Origin: a bacterium
GTDB lineage: Bacteria; Electryoneota; Electryoneia; Electryoneales; Electryoneaceae
Direction: 5' to 3'
NCBI GenBank assembly: GCA_043801585.1
Contig: JAZDLX010000150.1
Location: 1 to 17,408, forward strand
DNA: 17,408 bases
Shown: positions 14,383-17,408 of the stretch, one piece after another
Layout of the letters: each line of letters begins with the position of its first letter
How positions within the stretch are numbered: the first letter of the stretch is position 1
Made by a program: the position numbers and the translations under genes
The notes under the pieces: model-generated
Databases searched by the model: none
Seen by the model: only the letters and a program-made list of their open reading frames with translations
What the model was told of the DNA's origin: nothing

Positions 14383-16970
14383 AACGCCTCCCCCGCGCGG
14401 GAGAGTACGCTACGCACCGCATCCAACGGGCGCGTGATCCGCCCGTCATACCGCACGTACAACCCGAGTCGTATTGCGTCGGGACCGAGGCTGTTTCCGA
14501 GCCCCCACGCCTGGGCCAGCTCGTCCAGACGTGCGGTTGCTCCGTCCCGTACGTTCAGTCGTAACATCCACACGCCGTCTCTCTGGCGACTTACACTATC
14601 AACATAAGACCGGAGGTCCACAACTCGAGCGGTGGAACCTTTCCGTCGCTGAATTTCGTACCGATCCGTCCGCAGGAAGGCGTCAAGTCGCCGGGCAAAC
14701 GCCTTCGGTTCCTCGGGACGGAATCCATAATCAATATGCTCCACTTGTGCCGAAAGGGGGTCAGGGCGCTCGCCAACCGCCAGAACCACAACAGGAACAA
14801 GACCTTCCGGAACCTGGGCACATAATTTCTGTAGCACCTCTTCCGCCGTCAGCGCTTCCGCCAAGTCCAGATCCACATATTCATCGTCGCTGATCAAGCC
14901 AACCGGAAGCGGTGGAGAATACCGGATACGCGGATGAGGATGGTATCCTTGAGAGTATGCAACCGGAACCCCCGCCCGGCGCAAGAGGCGATCCCAAACA
15001 CGCACCATATCCAGGTGCCCTGTCCACTTCAGTGACTCTCCCCTCCGATAACGGATTCTCACGGTGTGTACAACCTTTACCGGGAGCTTGCGGGGCTCTT
15101 CTGTCGATGGCGAGGGAGGGGCGACGACAGGGTAGACATTGCACACCTTTCCACTCTTCGGAATGTATTTCATCAGGCCACAGGAGTCGCATTTTCCTTC
15201 GCGGCAGTCGGGAGCGGTCTCGTAACGTTCCGCCCGTTCCATCTCCCGGGCGAAAAAGCTCTCGGTGATTCCCTTGGTCAGGTGCGCCCAGGGAAGCCGC
15301 TCGCCACCGGCGAACCCTTCCACGAACTGCCGGAGGTCCAGGTGCTCCTCCGCAAACGAGGCGTGCCAGCGCTCCGGGTCGAACCGGTCGCCCCACGCCT
15401 CCAGCATCGCACCCTTGCGCCACACCCGCTCGATCACCCGGCCAAGTCTCCGGTCGCCGCGGGCGATGGCGCTCTCCAGGATCGCGCTTTCGGGATCGTT
15501 GCCGGTGTACTTCACCTGCGTCCTGCGGAACTTCTGCTTCAGAAAAGCAAGTTTTTCACGATACTCGCTCGCGGTGTTCTGGCTGAACCGTTGAAAGGGA
15601 GTGTGGGCTTTCGGGGCAAAGGGGTTGATGGACACCGTTACCCGCTGGCCGCTCTTCACACGTACCGCAGCCACCTTCAATGCGAGATCGACGATCCCGT
15701 CGAGATCCTCATGCGTCTCACCGGGCAGGCCAATCATGAAGTAGAGTTTGATCCCCGTGTATCCTTCGGCAAATCCGAGGGTGGCAGCACGGATCAGGTC
15801 GTCTTCGCAGGTGTTTTTGTTGATCAGGTCACGGAGCCGCTGTGTTCCCGCTTCCGGTGCGAAGGTAAGGCTGCCCTTGCGGCTATCCGGCAACGCACGA
15901 GCCATATCGAGGGTGAACGAATCGGGACGCAGGCTGGGGAAGCTGAGGCTGACGCCACGCCCGCTCAGTTCGCTGCGAAGTCCCTCAATCAAGCGCGGCA
16001 ACCCGCTGTAATCCGAGGTGGAAAGGCTCGCGAGGCTGATCTCCTCGTAGCCGGTCGACGCCACGTATTCGACCGCCTGCGCCACAACCTCCTCGGGGTC
16101 GCGTTCACGCACCGGCCTGTACAGATTCCCCGCCTGGCAGAACCGGCAACCGCGCGTACAGCCGCGCATCACCTCGATGGTCAAACGGTCGAACACCGTT
16201 TCGGTCATCGGAACCATCGGACGCTCGGGGTAGTATTCCCGCTGCAGTTTCTCGACCGTGCATCCGGTGACGAGCGGTTTGTTCGAGTCCACGGGAACGA
16301 TCAGGCGTCCCGCGGTGGTCTCTTCCACAACATGACTCGCCGGACGGTAGACCCCTTCCATCTCTTCCAGACGGTCAAGCCGTTTCGCACGCGGCCATTT
16401 TTCCTTCACGGCCCGAAGCATCAGCTTGCTAATCTCAACAACCACCTCTTCACCGTCCCCCAACACAGCGAGGTCGATGAAATCGGCGAAAGGTTCTGGA
16501 TTGAAAACCAGCGGTCCGCCCGCAATGACAATCGGGTGAGCTTCTCCACGCTCCGATGCGTGAATCGGCACCCCCGAAAGGTCGAGCAGTTCGAGCATGC
16601 CCGGGAGCACCATCTCGTAAGAGAGGCTGATTCCGAGCAGATCGCATTCATGAACCGGTGTCCCTGTTTCCAGGGTCAGCAGGGGAATTCCCTCCGACCG
16701 GAGACGTTGCGCGGCGTCCTCCTCCGGGAGGAAGACTCGTTCAGCGGCGATCTCCGGATGTGAGGTGTTGATTCGGTGGTAAAGAATCTGGAGCCCGAGG
16801 GAGGACATCCCGATCTCGTAGAGGTCGGGAAACGCGAACGCCCATCGTAATTTCGCATGGGGCTTGACGATACGGTGGAGTTCCGAGCCTATATACCTAT
16901 GCGGTTTTCGCACATAGGGCAACACCCCCCGCTCGAAGCGATCCCGCAGGGCGATTGTACTCATCGACAC
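14379..16970 (-). CDS. TIGR03960-type radical SAM protein fused to a TIGR03936/DUF2344 domain
   Basis: KPHRYIGSE, FPDLYEIGMSSLG, EVMRGCTRGCRFCQAG (CxxxCxxC), FAPEAGTQRLR, KLYFMIGLP, CREGKCDSCG, then GHLD..RRAGVPVAYSQGYHPHPRI. Start is either GTG 16970 or ATG 16964. Confidence 0.92.
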   Translation of the reverse strand: MSMSTIALRDRFERGVLPYVRKPHRYIGSELHRIVKPHAKLRWAFAFPDLYEIGMSSLGLQILYHRINTSHPEIAAERVFLPEEDAAQRLRSEGIPLLTLETGTPVHECDLLGISLSYEMVLPGMLELLDLSGVPIHASERGEAHPIVIAGGPLVFNPEPFADFIDLAVLGDGEEVVVEISKLMLRAVKEKWPRAKRLDRLEEMEGVYRPASHVVEETTAGRLIVPVDSNKPLVTGCTVEKLQREYYPERPMVPMTETVFDRLTIEVMRGCTRGCRFCQAGNLYRPVRERDPEEVVAQAVEYVASTGYEEISLASLSTSDYSGLPRLIEGLRSELSGRGVSLSFPSLRPDSFTLDMARALPDSRKGSLTFAPEAGTQRLRDLINKNTCEDDLIRAATLGFAEGYTGIKLYFMIGLPGETHEDLDGIVDLALKVAAVRVKSGQRVTVSINPFAPKAHTPFQRFSQNTASEYREKLAFLKQKFRRTQVKYTGNDPESAILESAIARGDRRLGRVIERVWRKGAMLEAWGDRFDPERWHASFAEEHLDLRQFVEGFAGGERLPWAHLTKGITESFFAREMERAERYETAPDCREGKCDSCGLMKYIPKSGKVCNVYPVVAPPSPSTEEPRKLPVKVVHTVRIRYRRGESLKWTGHLDMVRVWDRLLRRAGVPVAYSQGYHPHPRIRYSPPLPVGLISDDEYVDLDLAEALTAEEVLQKLCAQVPEGLVPVVVLAVGERPDPLSAQVEHIDYGFRPEEPKAFARRLDAFLRTDRYEIQRRKGSTARVVDLRSYVDSVSRQRDGVWMLRLNVRDGATARLDELAQAWGLGNSLGPDAIRLGLYVRYDGRITRPLDAVRSVLSRAGEAL

Positions 16971-17086
16971 AATCCCATCCGACCCCGGGCCTCAGCAGCC
17001 CGGCGCCTCTATTGGTACAACGTAAGCGCTTGCGATTCCCCCAGGGACAACCCCATCCTGGCTAACGCTGCGCGTGGCTTCGTTTG

Positions 17087-17408
17087 TCAGTCATCGTCCT
17101 TCGTCGCGAGTTCTTCCGCATCAGGCGGCGGTTGAACGCGAAGGGAGACAACTCGGTTGCCGTCCACTTTCTGTACTGTAAACGACCAGCCCTTATAGGC
17201 GAAGATCTGGCCCGGAGTCGGCACGCTTCCGGCCAGCGAAAAGATGAAACCTCCCAGCGAATCGTAATCCTCTTCCGTGGGGACGATGTCCTCGCCGATT
17301 TCATCATTGAAGTCCGACACTTCGATCTTTGCCAGAACCAGCACATCGCCGTTGTCGAGGCGCTGGAACACATGCTCTTCCGTATCGAATTCGTCCTGGA
17401 TTTCGCCG
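17087..17408 (-). CDS. HlyC/CorC family CBS-domain transporter, C-terminal part (5' end beyond window)
   Basis: Frame is open to the window edge: GEIQDEFDTEE..DYDSLGGFIFSLAGSVPTPG..YKGWSFTVQKVDGNRV, matching the CorC_HlyC domain. Confidence 0.88.
   Translation of the reverse strand, partial: GEIQDEFDTEEHVFQRLDNGDVLVLAKIEVSDFNDEIGEDIVPTEEDYDSLGGFIFSLAGSVPTPGQIFAYKGWSFTVQKVDGNRVVSLRVQPPPDAEELATKDDD

Noticed and set aside
15066..16763. Long antisense ORFs (565 aa here; also 8408-9394, 13171-13743, 11573-12148)
   Set aside because: Shadow frames of well-supported genes, as expected in GC-rich DNA.
14379..16970. Radical SAM-DUF2344 fusion next to rng as a novel system
   Set aside because: This fusion and its linkage to Rne/Rng genes are a known, widespread arrangement, although the function is unresolved.
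1..17408. CRISPR array, tRNA, rRNA or IS transposase
   Set aside because: I saw no regularly spaced repeats, cloverleaf or rRNA signatures, or transposase motifs.

Overview
Bacterial chromosomal window with a GC-rich backbone of mostly housekeeping genes: feoB, a DtxR-FeoA-FeoA fusion, a DUF1858-like protein, a lipoprotein, PIN-PhoH, xerD, a DUF374-type acyltransferase, a solitary flgB, a second DtxR/MntR regulator, an RNase G/E family gene, a radical SAM/DUF2344 fusion and a partial HlyC/CorC gene. The standout is a ~2.55 kb AT-rich cassette (C5 cytosine methyltransferase, DUF4928-like protein, Vsr) with no integrase, inserted at the 3' end of feoB. It is flanked by two diverged ~97 bp copies of the feoB tail (210-306 and 2857-2953). 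FeoB now ends in cassette-derived residues, and the normal-looking FeoB C-terminus is stranded 2647 bp downstream. Also seen: matching DtxR-type promoter/operator modules upstream of both DtxR-family genes, a sigma-54 promoter on the orphan flgB, and a REP-like inverted doublet with compensatory base changes. Family assignments are from motif recognition only; no searches were run.
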